From the NCBI GenBank assembly GCA_030550585.1, contig JAUQPB010000003.1, positions 164,333 through 228,332 of the forward strand: a DNA stretch of 64,000 nucleotides. Direction: 5' to 3'. The stretch is from Thermoproteota archaeon (GTDB lineage: Archaea; Thermoproteota; Thermoprotei_A; Sulfolobales; Ignisphaeraceae). A program made the translations under genes and the position numbers. Of this stretch, positions 30,169 to 40,913 are shown in pieces (position 1 is the stretch's first letter; every line of letters starts with the position of its first letter). Below the pieces are notes generated by a model. It had not been told where the DNA came from and did not search any database. It was given only the letters and a program-made list of their open reading frames with translations.

Positions 30169-31127
30169 CCATAGATGCTTCTTATTCTTTTATCCAACAT
30201 TTCTACAAGTTCATTAATATTAAGTTTACTAAGAGCTTCTGCATATTTTACGATCCACGAATATCCATTGGTATCCTCGAATATATCAGGATAGTGTCTA
30301 ACAATCCACGCATTTATTATAGCTCTTCCACGAAATGATTTAATAAGCATATCAACTTCGTCTATGTAGGGAAACCCCGATTTTTGAAGCGCTTCAACCA
30401 GTTTTTCAAATTCGTTTTTCGATAAATCCTTTCTTCCAAAACTTGCTTTACCATTACCCACATACCTTTCTCCATATCCTGGCACAATAACCTTGCCATA
30501 AGCTGCCTTCACCCTCCATGATGATGAGTCCAGAGATCTTACCCCAATAATTTTTAATGCCGTGTACAGTGTCGAGGTTCCACCAATTCCTAGCGCATGA
30601 ACATTTCCCTTAAAGAGTTTAACCAGTATTGCTAATGGGATCAACGGCGTTGTTCTACTTCCCTTACCCCCTTTTGCTAGCGAAGGTGGAACTGCACCCC
30701 CGTAAGCAACTACCCTAACTCCATAACTTTGATAAACATCTATAGCGTTGAACAGCAACGAACTTTCATAGCAGTGTATAACAGGGATGATATTCTTGTG
30801 ATCAAGTTTTGTATACAAGTATTCAAAATTTCTTATGTTCTCTTTCACGAGCTCCTTTGTCGCATAGCAGAAGCGCGATGGAGGGATATCTAAGGACATG
30901 AAATAGTCACCATCAATTCCTTTGTATCTATTAAAGACGTCTTCAACTGATAATTTCATTCCTTTAACCATTATTTGATAACCTCCTGAATCAACCCATA
31001 TAGAAGATGCTGATGGTCTGCCCCATCTCCATCTAATACTGTTTATCATCAATTCTATGTCAGGCATGTAGTCCCATAACCTTATCATAGTATCTGGAAC
31101 AACAAAAACAATCTTCGGAGCACCCAC
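30165..31127 (-). CDS. TGT-superfamily (queuine/archaeosine tRNA-guanine transglycosylase-like) protein
   Basis: DSGGYQ, SLDIPP, IPVIH, GGAVP, HALG and DSSSW motifs; short, with no zinc site or PUA domain. Confidence 0.8.
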   Translation of the reverse strand: MGAPKIVFVVPDTMIRLWDYMPDIELMINSIRWRWGRPSASSIWVDSGGYQIMVKGMKLSVEDVFNRYKGIDGDYFMSLDIPPSRFCYATKELVKENIRNFEYLYTKLDHKNIIPVIHCYESSLLFNAIDVYQSYGVRVVAYGGAVPPSLAKGGKGSRTTPLIPLAILVKLFKGNVHALGIGGTSTLYTALKIIGVRSLDSSSWRVKAAYGKVIVPGYGERYVGNGKASFGRKDLSKNEFEKLVEALQKSGFPYIDEVDMLIKSFRGRAIINAWIVRHYPDIFEDTNGYSWIVKYAEALSKLNINELVEMLDKRIRSIYG

Positions 31128-31297
31128 CCAAGAACACCAAGAACTGTTGTTACCACTACACTAGCCTCTTTAGACGTCAGACCCAAAAAGGAATTCAATG
31201 TACCTATACTTTCAATAGTGCTTCAACGTCATATGCGAAAGAAATATATATTACAGAGAGCTATAGAATGACAGTATGATTTTACAGGTGCTTTTAG

Positions 31298-33079
31298 TTG
31301 CCAGATCTTGAAAAGCCTATGATTGTTGCTAATATTGATAAGGAAAAAAATGTTGTATATGTTGGCAAAAGAATCATTCCTCTTGGAGGATTCGTTCCTA
31401 ATGTAAAAGATGGTGAAAGACTGATAAGGTATACCTCATCTCTTTGTCCATATTGTTTCAGGCTTCTACCTGCCGTAATAATTGAAAGAGACAACAAGTT
31501 GTATATAAGGAGGTATTGCCCAGAGCATGGCGAAATCGAAGAAATATACTTTGAAGATGCTGAAATGTACAGAAAGTTCGAGAAATATAGCTTTGAGGGC
31601 ACAGAACCTGGACATGTATATACTGCTGCGACCGCTCCTTGCCCATTTAACTGTGGTCTTTGCCCATTGCACAAATCACACACAGCATTATTGAATATTG
31701 TTGCAACCAATAGATGCGACTTAAGTTGTTGGTACTGTTTCTATTATGCTGAAAGAGCGGGCTATGTGTACGAGCCTTCAATTGAGGATATCAAGAAAAT
31801 GGTTGAAGCTGTAAAGAAGCAGCCGAATATTGTTGTTGCTGTTCAGCTTACAGGAGGAGAGCCTACATTAAGAGAAGACCTCTACGATATTGTAAAGACT
31901 TTGCGAGAAATGGGGGTTAGGCACATACAATTGAACACACATGGAATAAAGTTTGCTAGGCTTTATCTAGAGAATCCCGAAAAAGCCATTAAATATGCCA
32001 AAAGTTTGAGGGAAGCCGGTGTGAATACAGTATATCTAAGCTTTGATGGTGTAACACCAGAGACAAACTCGAAAAACCACTGGGAAGTGCCATATACCAT
32101 CGAAGTTTTTAGAAATAGTGGTATGACAAGTGTAGTATTCGTCCCAACAGTCATTAAAAACGTTAATGACAACGAGCTGGGCGACATAATCAAGGTGGCA
32201 GCGTACAATATGGATGTTGTAAGAGCTGTCAACTTCCAGCCGGTTAGTCTTGTGGGCATGATGAGAAAACAGGATAGAAGTAGGTATAGAATCACTATTC
32301 CAGAGGTTATAAAGAAGGTAGAAGAGCAATTGGATGGAGAAATAACAAAGAATGATTGGTTCCCTGTAGGTGCTGCCGTACCAATAGCTAGGTTTTTGGA
32401 GCTATTGGATCCTTCAAAGAGAGCAGAGTTCACTACACATCCAGTCTGTGGTGCTGCTACATATGTGTATGTGAAGAAAGTAGACAACAATGTCGAATTC
32501 ATACCCATAACGAGATTCATAGATGCTGAGGGACTATTGGATTATCTAGAGAAAAGATATGAGTCCATTAAGGAGAAACCAAAGTTCCTAACGAAAATTC
32601 TAGGAGCCTCAACAATACTATCTATACTAAATAAATTTGTGATGTGGGATAAGGTACCAGATGAGATAAGAAAGGAGCTGAGGTCAATATTGTTGGACAT
32701 TTTCATACATAGAAACTATGAGGCTCTAGGAAGATTCCACTACAAGTTCCTATTCTTAGGAATGATGCATTTCATGGATGAATGGAATTACGATGTAGAG
32801 AGGGTTATGAGATGCGTTATTCATTATGCTTTGCCCGACGGGAGGATAGTGCCGTTCTGCGCCTTTAATATACTCAACGATATATATAGAGATACCCCAC
32901 AGAAAACATATGGTGTTCCAGTCGATGAGTATATCAAAAAATATGGAGAGAAGGTATTCCAGGAGCAGAAATATGTGCGAACAAAAGATTTGATAGAAAA
33001 AATGGTTAAGGGGGAGCCATATAGAAGATTCTATGCACCTGTAATCGACAAACTGAAAGCATTTTATCCCGAGCTATAA
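31298..33079 (+). CDS. tes: Radical SAM tetraether lipid synthase (Tes/GDGT-MAS, MJ0619 family)
   Basis: N-terminal SLCPYC..CPEHG, CPFNCGLCPLH, radical SAM motif CDLSCWYC, QLTGGEP, NFQPVS, HPVCG and RC.IHY..PDGRIVPFC. Confidence 0.88.
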   Translation: MPDLEKPMIVANIDKEKNVVYVGKRIIPLGGFVPNVKDGERLIRYTSSLCPYCFRLLPAVIIERDNKLYIRRYCPEHGEIEEIYFEDAEMYRKFEKYSFEGTEPGHVYTAATAPCPFNCGLCPLHKSHTALLNIVATNRCDLSCWYCFYYAERAGYVYEPSIEDIKKMVEAVKKQPNIVVAVQLTGGEPTLREDLYDIVKTLREMGVRHIQLNTHGIKFARLYLENPEKAIKYAKSLREAGVNTVYLSFDGVTPETNSKNHWEVPYTIEVFRNSGMTSVVFVPTVIKNVNDNELGDIIKVAAYNMDVVRAVNFQPVSLVGMMRKQDRSRYRITIPEVIKKVEEQLDGEITKNDWFPVGAAVPIARFLELLDPSKRAEFTTHPVCGAATYVYVKKVDNNVEFIPITRFIDAEGLLDYLEKRYESIKEKPKFLTKILGASTILSILNKFVMWDKVPDEIRKELRSILLDIFIHRNYEALGRFHYKFLFLGMMHFMDEWNYDVERVMRCVIHYALPDGRIVPFCAFNILNDIYRDTPQKTYGVPVDEYIKKYGEKVFQEQKYVRTKDLIEKMVKGEPYRRFYAPVIDKLKAFYPEL

Positions 33080-33188
33080 ACTGTAAAGCTCTGCCGCAAC
33101 TGACTGTTTAGACTGTTCTTGTAGCCTCATAATATCAAGTTTTAGGTCTTGCATTTAAAAGCTCTTCAACAAACAAGCATAGTTTGAG

Positions 33189-34646
33189 GTGCTGTTAGTA
33201 GTGAGTCATAATATTGAGCATATCAGGCTGGTGACCTTCACTCCTATCAAACTTAGCGAGTATAAGGTTGCTGTGTTAGAGACTACGCCGGTAAAGGCAA
33301 ATCTTAAGGTTGTGAGCTTAGCTAATATTATCTCAAAGAATTTGAGCAAGCCTATTAACGTTAACATCAAGCATGTGATAAAAAGCAAAAATTTCATGAA
33401 GTTAGGTGATGAGGAGCTAAGCTATGTTGTCTATTTAATGGCGGCTTCATCCGTTCCTCTGTATCTATATAACTTTGATCCTCAGTTGCAATGTATTATC
33501 TCCTACATTAGTCTACCAAAAGATGGTGTCCCAACGCTACATACAGTAGCATTAGTTACTAGAAAAAACTTTAAAAATATTGGCAAAAGACAGACGTTTT
33601 TCATAGTTATTGCAAAGACTATGGAGAAAAACATTAGCATGAATATGGTTAGACAGTTCTACAAGATGTCTTGGAATTTGATAGCATACAAGCTCCGTGG
33701 AATAGCTGGAAATGATGTGGATTCTGTACCACCACAAAGAGTGTATACCTTGCTTGTCCAGCTTACCTTAGAAAAAGAAAGCGATGTTGTTGAGGTTGCT
33801 ATTCCAGAATTCAACGAGGCTATAAAGGTTAGGATACCTATAAGAAAACCTGAATGGAGTTTAAATGATATGCCCCCAAAGCTCAGAAACGATATTGAAA
33901 CAATAATAGTTAAACCAATATTGAACAAAGCTTCTTATGCCCCTAGAGGGATACTGATTACAGGTCCTCCGGGGGTTGGAAAAACCGTTTCTGCAGAGGC
34001 TATATCAAGTGCATTAAAAACAAGAATAGTGGAGTTGCGTCCAAGTACATATCGTTCTATGTGGTATGGACTAACGGAGAAGATCTTAGAAGAAACGTTG
34101 CAAGCTGTGAAGCGCAAAAGCAATGTGACTGTGCTTCTAGACGATGTCGATTTTCTTGTTGGCAGACACATAGCTATTCATGAGACACACGTATCTGAGA
34201 TAACTATATTCCTAAGATTTTTACAAAGCGAACAAAGACCCCTAGTCATTTTAACTACAAATACACCTGAGCTTTTGGACCCAGCTTTGATACGTCCTGG
34301 TAGAATAGATGTTGTGATGCTTATGGGGTACCCAGATAGAGAATTTAGGAAATACATAGCTATTAAAAGTGCAAGAAGATATGGCTTAGAATTAAAAACA
34401 GAAGTCTTAGATATTATCGCAGATTCAACAAGATGGTTCACACACGCTGAAATAGATGCCCTAATCAGGCTTGCCGCCAGCAAATCTGAAGGAAATATAA
34501 ATGAAGATGCCGTCATGTGGGCTCGCCAAAGGTTTGCCATCAACGAGTCTATTAGAAAATCGATTCAAGATAGGCTAAGATGGTTTGGAGAGCAATTCCA
34601 AGGCATAACAATAAAGTATGTTCCAAATGACAATGAGATAATTTGA
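33189..34646 (+). CDS. AAA+ ATPase with uncharacterised N-terminal domain
   Basis: GPPGVGKT, Walker B LLDDVD and TTN..LDPALIRPGRID. Confidence 0.85.
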   Translation: MLLVVSHNIEHIRLVTFTPIKLSEYKVAVLETTPVKANLKVVSLANIISKNLSKPINVNIKHVIKSKNFMKLGDEELSYVVYLMAASSVPLYLYNFDPQLQCIISYISLPKDGVPTLHTVALVTRKNFKNIGKRQTFFIVIAKTMEKNISMNMVRQFYKMSWNLIAYKLRGIAGNDVDSVPPQRVYTLLVQLTLEKESDVVEVAIPEFNEAIKVRIPIRKPEWSLNDMPPKLRNDIETIIVKPILNKASYAPRGILITGPPGVGKTVSAEAISSALKTRIVELRPSTYRSMWYGLTEKILEETLQAVKRKSNVTVLLDDVDFLVGRHIAIHETHVSEITIFLRFLQSEQRPLVILTTNTPELLDPALIRPGRIDVVMLMGYPDREFRKYIAIKSARRYGLELKTEVLDIIADSTRWFTHAEIDALIRLAASKSEGNINEDAVMWARQRFAINESIRKSIQDRLRWFGEQFQGITIKYVPNDNEII

Positions 34647-34738
34647 TTCAAAGGTTACTTGGAATTATATAGCTAAAAAGCTAAAATCAAAGCCCTTCAA
34701 AAATTTTGCAGAGAGATCATTATGGTTATTTCTATTCC

Positions 34739-35869
34739 TTAGATGCATGATTTTAGACATTGTCTAAAGGCATTAGCAACGAAGTCTATATCTCTATCCA
34801 CTAATTTAGGATGAACAGGAAGGCTCAATTCTCTTTCTGCAAGCACAGATGCATTACTACAACACTCTTTATAGCCTAGCTTCTGGAATAGTGGTTGTTT
34901 GTGAAGAGGCAGAGGATAGTGTATAGCAGTTTCAACTCCTTTTGCACTCATACATTCAACAACACATTTTCTATTCACATTAGAAGACAGTTTTAATGCA
35001 TACACATGATATACGTGCTTTGCCCATGGCGCTTCGTAAGGAAGTTCAACATAATCCTTTAAATCGCTAAGTTTTGCAGTTAGCAAACCTGCGTTCTTCC
35101 TTCTGATCTCATTTAGCTTATCAAGTTTTTTTAATTGTGCTTCTCCTAGAGCAGCTTGGATTGATGTCATTCTGTAGTTTCCTCCAAGTTCTTCATGGAT
35201 ATATCTAGCTGTTTGACCATGATTTCTAAGCAATTTGACTTTTTCTATGACCCGCCTATCATCTGATAAAACAATTCCGCCCTCGCCTGTAGTCATATTT
35301 TTTGTTGCATAGAAACTAAATATTGCGGCATCCCCGAAACTGCCTACCTTTTTACCCCAGGCCTCTGCACCATGAGCTTGGGCAGCATCTTCTATAAGAA
35401 CTATCTTTTTATCGGATGCTATATCCTTTATAGTCTTAATATCTGCGGGATGTCCAAAAAGATGAACTACTATGATAGCCTTGGGATTAGTTTCAGAGAT
35501 TTTCTTCTGAAGATCATCCACATCCATATTAAATGTTTTGTAGTCAACGTCTACAAAGATTGGTGTGGCCCCAACCATTAGCACGCTGGTTGCTGTTGCT
35601 ATGAATGTGTAGTCAGGTACAAGAACTTTGTCACCATTTCCTATGCCTAGGGCTTTCAATGAAAGCATCAAAGCTACTGTTCCATTGCTTACCGCAGCAG
35701 CATATTTAACTCCTACATATTCTGCAAAATTCTTCTCAAAAGATTCCACAACAGGTCCGTGGGCAAGCCAACCAGATTTCAACACAGATACAACAGCATT
35801 TATATCCTCATCTTCTATAACAGGTTCAAACATTTTTATTCTGTAGCTAGACAACATTAAACACCACAA
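34739..35869 (-). CDS. DegT/DnrJ/EryC1/StrS sugar aminotransferase
   Basis: SNGTVAL, VHLFG, EDAAQAHG and SFYATKN(PLP Lys)MTTGEGG. Start uncertain. Confidence 0.93.
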   Translation of the reverse strand: MWCLMLSSYRIKMFEPVIEDEDINAVVSVLKSGWLAHGPVVESFEKNFAEYVGVKYAAAVSNGTVALMLSLKALGIGNGDKVLVPDYTFIATATSVLMVGATPIFVDVDYKTFNMDVDDLQKKISETNPKAIIVVHLFGHPADIKTIKDIASDKKIVLIEDAAQAHGAEAWGKKVGSFGDAAIFSFYATKNMTTGEGGIVLSDDRRVIEKVKLLRNHGQTARYIHEELGGNYRMTSIQAALGEAQLKKLDKLNEIRRKNAGLLTAKLSDLKDYVELPYEAPWAKHVYHVYALKLSSNVNRKCVVECMSAKGVETAIHYPLPLHKQPLFQKLGYKECCSNASVLAERELSLPVHPKLVDRDIDFVANAFRQCLKSCI

Positions 35870-37000
35870 CTATAGGTATATGACTCGTGGCAGGGAGGTT
35901 AAAATCTTTCCTCCAGATTCATTAATATATACATCCTCTTCTATTCTAACACCAAATTTGTTGTATATATATACCCCTGGTTCAACCGTAACGACATCAC
36001 CATGCATCAAAATGTCTGTGGAATTCGAAGAAAGTCTGGGCAACTCATGAACATCGACCCCAATGCCATGTCCGAGACCATGGATAAAGAATTGATCTAT
36101 GCCCTCTTTCTTCAGCAAGTCTCTTGCTATAGAATCTAAATAACTTGCTTTAGCACTAGGCCTCAAATCGCTTGTTACAGCATCTATAGCGTTGCATATC
36201 AATTCAATGTATTTGTATATTTCAGAGTACTCAGAAGGTAGATCCTTCTTTATGAAAATCCTTGTCACATCTGATACATATCCCCTAAATCTTACACCAA
36301 AGTCTATTAATATTGGCTCTGCACCATCAAATCGCTTATTTTGCGGCGAATGATGGGGTTTTGCAGTGTTCCTGCCTATCGCAACGATAGGTGAGTAGGC
36401 AATGCCGTCTGCACCATAGTTTAACGCTAGTTCTATCAGCTTCCCTGCTATCTCTTTTTCACTAATTCCGGGAGATATCAATACTGGAATTTCCTTAAGC
36501 ACCTTCTCAGTTATTTTAATGGCTTCCCCAATCATAGAAACCTCCACATCTGTTTTTATCCTTCTAACCAAGTCTACTATGGGTTTAACATTTACACACA
36601 ACCTTGATTCACAAGAAGACATATTATCTGATGCCACAACTTTAGCATCATTCATTACACTCTCAATAGATCTTCTCATATCTTCAAAGCTAACTACACT
36701 CACATTATCTGGCAACTTCAACGAACTAGAGAATACAGGTATAAACCTCGCTATAGAGGTGTTACCATAGTATTCAATGACGCGAAAGTAATCGAGCAAT
36801 GAAACATATGTGGTAACTTCTAATGTCCTTGCATTTATAATTACATACATAACTGATAATTCATTTGGTGGCGGATTATACATATCTGCAAAGAGATATG
36901 AAAGAGCATCAAAGCTTTTCAATGCAATGACATCAACATCAAAATATTTTTTGATCTCATTAACAATCTTCTCAATTCGCATCTTAAATAAGGTTTCCAA
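35870..37000 (-). CDS. Xaa-Pro aminopeptidase (M24)
   Basis: PHH, DFG..GYVSDVTR, HGLGHGIGVDVHE, TVEPG and GVRIEED. Confidence 0.92.
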   Translation of the reverse strand: METLFKMRIEKIVNEIKKYFDVDVIALKSFDALSYLFADMYNPPPNELSVMYVIINARTLEVTTYVSLLDYFRVIEYYGNTSIARFIPVFSSSLKLPDNVSVVSFEDMRRSIESVMNDAKVVASDNMSSCESRLCVNVKPIVDLVRRIKTDVEVSMIGEAIKITEKVLKEIPVLISPGISEKEIAGKLIELALNYGADGIAYSPIVAIGRNTAKPHHSPQNKRFDGAEPILIDFGVRFRGYVSDVTRIFIKKDLPSEYSEIYKYIELICNAIDAVTSDLRPSAKASYLDSIARDLLKKEGIDQFFIHGLGHGIGVDVHELPRLSSNSTDILMHGDVVTVEPGVYIYNKFGVRIEEDVYINESGGKILTSLPRVIYL

Positions 37001-37141
37001 AACAAACCGCCTTAAAGTGTCATAACAAGAGGTTAGACAAAAAATTTATGAACGGCTACAGTAATAAATTTTGATTATAGAGCTGGAGACGTGAGGCTAC
37101 GGCGCCGAGACAACAAATTAGAAAGCATGAGGAGCAGTATA

Positions 37142-37354
37142 ATGAGCATCACAAAAAGAAATCTGGTTATGTGTCCAAGGTGTGGAACATCATTGCAGAT
37201 GGCTGTAGAAAGTGAGCATAGAGGAAAGGAGGTGATAATTTCGTATAGCCATCTCTGTCCTGTATGCAGGTATAAGGAAATGGTTGAACAGATAAATATA
37301 AGATTGAATGGAGACAAGATCTATATAGTGAAACAGTATGAAAAATTTAAATAA
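37142..37354 (+). CDS. Small zinc-ribbon protein
   Basis: CPRC..CPVC; ATG 37142 follows GAGGAG. Confidence 0.6.
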   Translation: MSITKRNLVMCPRCGTSLQMAVESEHRGKEVIISYSHLCPVCRYKEMVEQINIRLNGDKIYIVKQYEKFK

Positions 37355-37414
37355 AAGGATTTTTTAACTATGGCATTAGAACTTGCGCATCTAAAAATTA
37401 TGTTCAATATCTAG

Positions 37415-38131
37415 GTGTTGCATTTAATGCCATTATCAAAAACGATGCTGTACACAACTGGGATAACAATTACCACAATAGTTGTTTTCTCATCTATTTC
37501 TACGTTCATACCATCAAATTACATTCCTATAGCTAATGTGGTGTATATAATAGCTTTTATGTTTATAGTCATGGCCATACCAAGAATTATGATGAGAAAA
37601 AAGAGTGTTGAGATCAGGGGGACAATCCTGCTTAAAGCCTCGCCTCAAGAGGTTATGAACTTAACGCTAAAAGATAGTGAATTAGAAAAAGAGTTGAGAC
37701 CTCAAATCATGGCAATGATTATGATGACTTTCATACCACTAATCCTTTGGTTTATACTTGCAGGATTTATATCAAGTGCTTTGTCTCCCATAACTACATC
37801 TAGTAATGTTTTACACAGATTTGTTGGGTATATCATATTTTATTCAGTGTTGCTTGGAATCATCAGAATTGTGACATATTTTATAACTCCTAAAAAGATG
37901 ATAATGCCTATTAACAGCTATGAGATAAGAAGTGATGGAATAAAGGCAAGTGGGCTTGTTCTAACATTTCCTATTGATATCAATAGATATCAGGTAAACA
38001 TTAACATGAAGAGAAACTTTTTTGAGATAATCGATAAATCAACGCGATATGCATACAGGTTTTATGTATCAGACATAAACAAAGCCAAAAACGTTTTAGA
38101 GAAGTATGGAGGGATAAAAAGTGGTACTTAA
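37415..38131 (+). CDS. Membrane protein (DUF2208-like)
   Basis: Four hydrophobic segments, D-EL-KE motif and C-terminal beta domain. Confidence 0.65.
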   Translation: MLHLMPLSKTMLYTTGITITTIVVFSSISTFIPSNYIPIANVVYIIAFMFIVMAIPRIMMRKKSVEIRGTILLKASPQEVMNLTLKDSELEKELRPQIMAMIMMTFIPLILWFILAGFISSALSPITTSSNVLHRFVGYIIFYSVLLGIIRIVTYFITPKKMIMPINSYEIRSDGIKASGLVLTFPIDINRYQVNINMKRNFFEIIDKSTRYAYRFYVSDINKAKNVLEKYGGIKSGT

Positions 38132-38324
38132 CATTGTGACTATAACCACCTACTGGAAAAGCAATGAGGTTGTAGACCACAATTCTGTATATGAAATGTT
38201 ATTTTTGCAACCCGCTTCAAAATATTTTGGTATAATCATCGGTATTGGCATGTTCTTTTTGGTATTAGGGCTTGTGATGAGATCCTCAAAAATTAAGATT
38301 CGGCCAAGATCCTCATCTACATAA
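38121..38324 (+). CDS. Small membrane protein
   Basis: One TM helix with a basic tail; overlaps the upstream gene end. Confidence 0.4.
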   Translation: MVLNIVTITTYWKSNEVVDHNSVYEMLFLQPASKYFGIIIGIGMFFLVLGLVMRSSKIKIRPRSSST

Positions 38325-38347
38325 ATATATGCATTGCCGTAGTTGCC

Positions 38348-38899
38348 TTATAATGGTTCCACTGCTTCACCAATTCTAATGTTTTTAAAAACAGTTGCTC
38401 TAGCAACACTTACAGTTGCCACCATATACCATCTTCTCATGGGCACAGTTCTTATGTATACAACCCACTCAGGATTCTCTAAATCAACTTTTCTTTCAAT
38501 TCCCTCAGCAATTGTCTTTACAGCATCAATTGTATGCATCTTGACAAGCCTTCCACTTTCATCCACGGTGAATATTTTGCCATGCAATGTAATTCTATAA
38601 GAGGCGCTTGGAGGAATCCTAGCTAGTGCAAGGCTCCTCGCTTTTTCAGCAACCTTGTGTATCACAGGGTCGACTATATCATCTACTGGTATGATCCTAT
38701 GTATGGGCGTGTCTTTCCCTTGCAAACACTTCTTCATTTCAAACCAGAATCTATATGGCTCAGATACATTAAGTAAGATAAGCGACGATCTAACCTTAAC
38801 AACAATATATGAAGTCCCAACACAGCTATTCACTTGCGAAAATGCCCAATCAATATTCTCTCTGCTTGGATCTAAAGTTATTAAGACATTGAAACTCAT
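38348..38899 (-). CDS. Stand-alone THUMP-domain RNA-binding protein
   Basis: IHRIIPVD, SYRIT and VDLENPEWVV. Confidence 0.75.
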   Translation of the reverse strand: MSFNVLITLDPSRENIDWAFSQVNSCVGTSYIVVKVRSSLILLNVSEPYRFWFEMKKCLQGKDTPIHRIIPVDDIVDPVIHKVAEKARSLALARIPPSASYRITLHGKIFTVDESGRLVKMHTIDAVKTIAEGIERKVDLENPEWVVYIRTVPMRRWYMVATVSVARATVFKNIRIGEAVEPL

Positions 38900-38900
38900 T

Positions 38901-39323
38901 TTATAACCTCTTCAATATTTTAATATATGATATTACCCCTCGTGGGATTACATAAGCCTTATTTTGATGCAGCAAAGCAACTTCATTTCTAGATATCTTC
39001 ACAATCCTTCCATTCAAATCCTGGCCATTAACAAGCTTTATATCGGCATCGGATCCTATCAAATCCTCATCAAGAACATATTCCTTGTCGCAACACTCTC
39101 CATAGCCATGAACATCGCTTTGCCCTGTAACTACATACACTATAGCCTGTCTGGAAACAATGACAGCAGCATTTTCGACTAGCATTCCTATCTCATGATT
39201 TGTAACCTCGTCAACTAGACCCATCAACTTGCTGCCATCGATGGTATAAACCTCTATGCTTCTACCAACAAATCTTTCATCGATTATATAAAACCCTCTT
39301 CTCTTACCCTGATAATAGGACAC
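38901..39323 (-). CDS. Protein with two tandem Sm/Hfq-like domains
   Basis: Two ~60-aa repeats: G-x-x-h-x-h-x-T/L-h-D/N-G-x-x-L-x-G-x-h ... h-h-S/P-R-x-x-I-x-Y-h. Confidence 0.7.
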   Translation of the reverse strand: MSYYQGKRRGFYIIDERFVGRSIEVYTIDGSKLMGLVDEVTNHEIGMLVENAAVIVSRQAIVYVVTGQSDVHGYGECCDKEYVLDEDLIGSDADIKLVNGQDLNGRIVKISRNEVALLHQNKAYVIPRGVISYIKILKRL

Positions 39324-39482
39324 TCTGTTTGCACCAAGACCATTTTTACACTATAAACTTTTTAAGCTATTGACAAAGCCATTAATAAACTGAAACCACG
39401 GTTTTATACGCCATATATAATGTTTTTAAGAAAATCTTTTAATTCTAACAAACCACAAACACTGTTTTGGTGAAAAACTTTT

Positions 39483-40913
39483 GTGTCAATAAAAATATAT
39501 AATACATTAACAAGATCTGTAGAGCCTTTTCAGCCTCTATCACCACCAATAATAAAAGCATACTTTTGTGGACCAACAGTCTACGACCACACTCATTTAG
39601 GGCATGTAAGAGCCTATCTAGCCTTTGACTTTATAAAGAGATATCTCAAGCTTAGAGGGTACACCTTTATCCATGTTCAAAACATTACAGATATTGATGA
39701 CAAAATCATTAAAAGGGCAAATGACGAGGGTGTATCCTGGAGGGAGATAGTAGATAGATACACAAAAGAATATCTAGATGTGTTAACAAAACTTGGTATA
39801 GTTATTGATATTCATCCCAAGGTTACGGAACATATCAAAGAGATAATAGAATTCATCGAAAAACTCATTGAAAAAGGTCATGCTTATGTTGCGCCAAGCG
39901 GTTCTGTGTATTTCGATGTATCAACAGTTTCAGACTATGGCAAACTTTCAAAAAGGTTTAAGAGTGAGGAGTGGCGCCAAGAGGAAGAGTTTTTGGCCGA
40001 GAAAAGAAATCCATATGATTTTGCGTTATGGAAAGCGGCAAAGCCGGGAGAACCGTGGTGGGAGTCTCCATGGGGGCGCGGAAGACCTGGGTGGCATACA
40101 GAGTGCGCTGTAATGAGTAGTCGGTATCTTGGAACACAGTTTGATATACATGGTGGTGGACAGGATCTGATATTCCCCCATCATGAAAATGAAATTGCCA
40201 TGGCTGAGGCTGTCTATGGAGTAAAGCCATGGGTAAAATACTGGATTCATGTAGGCTATTTGACTATAAGAGGAGAAAAGATGAGTAAAAGTCTAGGCAA
40301 CGTGATAACGGCTAAAGAGGCTATAGAAAAATTCTCGCCAGAGGTTCTCCGTCTCTGGGTTTTCTCAGCACATTACAGAAAACAATTAGAATTTGATGAA
40401 AATATACTGCAAGAGTACAAAGTTTTGTACCAACGACTTGTAACAGCAATAGAAAATTTGAGGAACATAATAAAAAGTCCGAGAGTGTCACATTATTTAA
40501 CTGATGAAGATGTCTCAATTTTAAGTAAGCTGGAGGCTAATGAAATGATGTTCCATGATGCTATGTCAAACGATTTCAATACACCAAAAGCACTAGAAGC
40601 TGTAAATAATGTTCTTTCTATAGTATTTAAAGATGTTGTTAGAAGAGAAACATATGAACTGGCTCTAAGGGCCTACTCGATTCTTGCAAACTTTAACACT
40701 GTATTAGGTGTTTTAGACAAGTATCTAAAGGAGAAAATAACTATTGATTTAGAGTTCATAGAAAAACTTGTTGACATAATAATTAGAGTGAGAGCAGAGC
40801 TTAGAAAGAAGAAAGAATATGAGCTAAGTGATAGAATAAGGCAGGAACTCCTTGCATTAGGCATAAAAGTCTTCGATTATAAAGATGAGAGCAAATGGGT
40901 GTGGGAAAGATGA
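39483..40913 (+). CDS. cysS: Cysteine--tRNA ligase
   Basis: CGPTVY, HLGH, GRPGWHTEC, DLIFPHHENE and KMSKS. Confidence 0.97.
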   Translation: MSIKIYNTLTRSVEPFQPLSPPIIKAYFCGPTVYDHTHLGHVRAYLAFDFIKRYLKLRGYTFIHVQNITDIDDKIIKRANDEGVSWREIVDRYTKEYLDVLTKLGIVIDIHPKVTEHIKEIIEFIEKLIEKGHAYVAPSGSVYFDVSTVSDYGKLSKRFKSEEWRQEEEFLAEKRNPYDFALWKAAKPGEPWWESPWGRGRPGWHTECAVMSSRYLGTQFDIHGGGQDLIFPHHENEIAMAEAVYGVKPWVKYWIHVGYLTIRGEKMSKSLGNVITAKEAIEKFSPEVLRLWVFSAHYRKQLEFDENILQEYKVLYQRLVTAIENLRNIIKSPRVSHYLTDEDVSILSKLEANEMMFHDAMSNDFNTPKALEAVNNVLSIVFKDVVRRETYELALRAYSILANFNTVLGVLDKYLKEKITIDLEFIEKLVDIIIRVRAELRKKKEYELSDRIRQELLALGIKVFDYKDESKWVWER

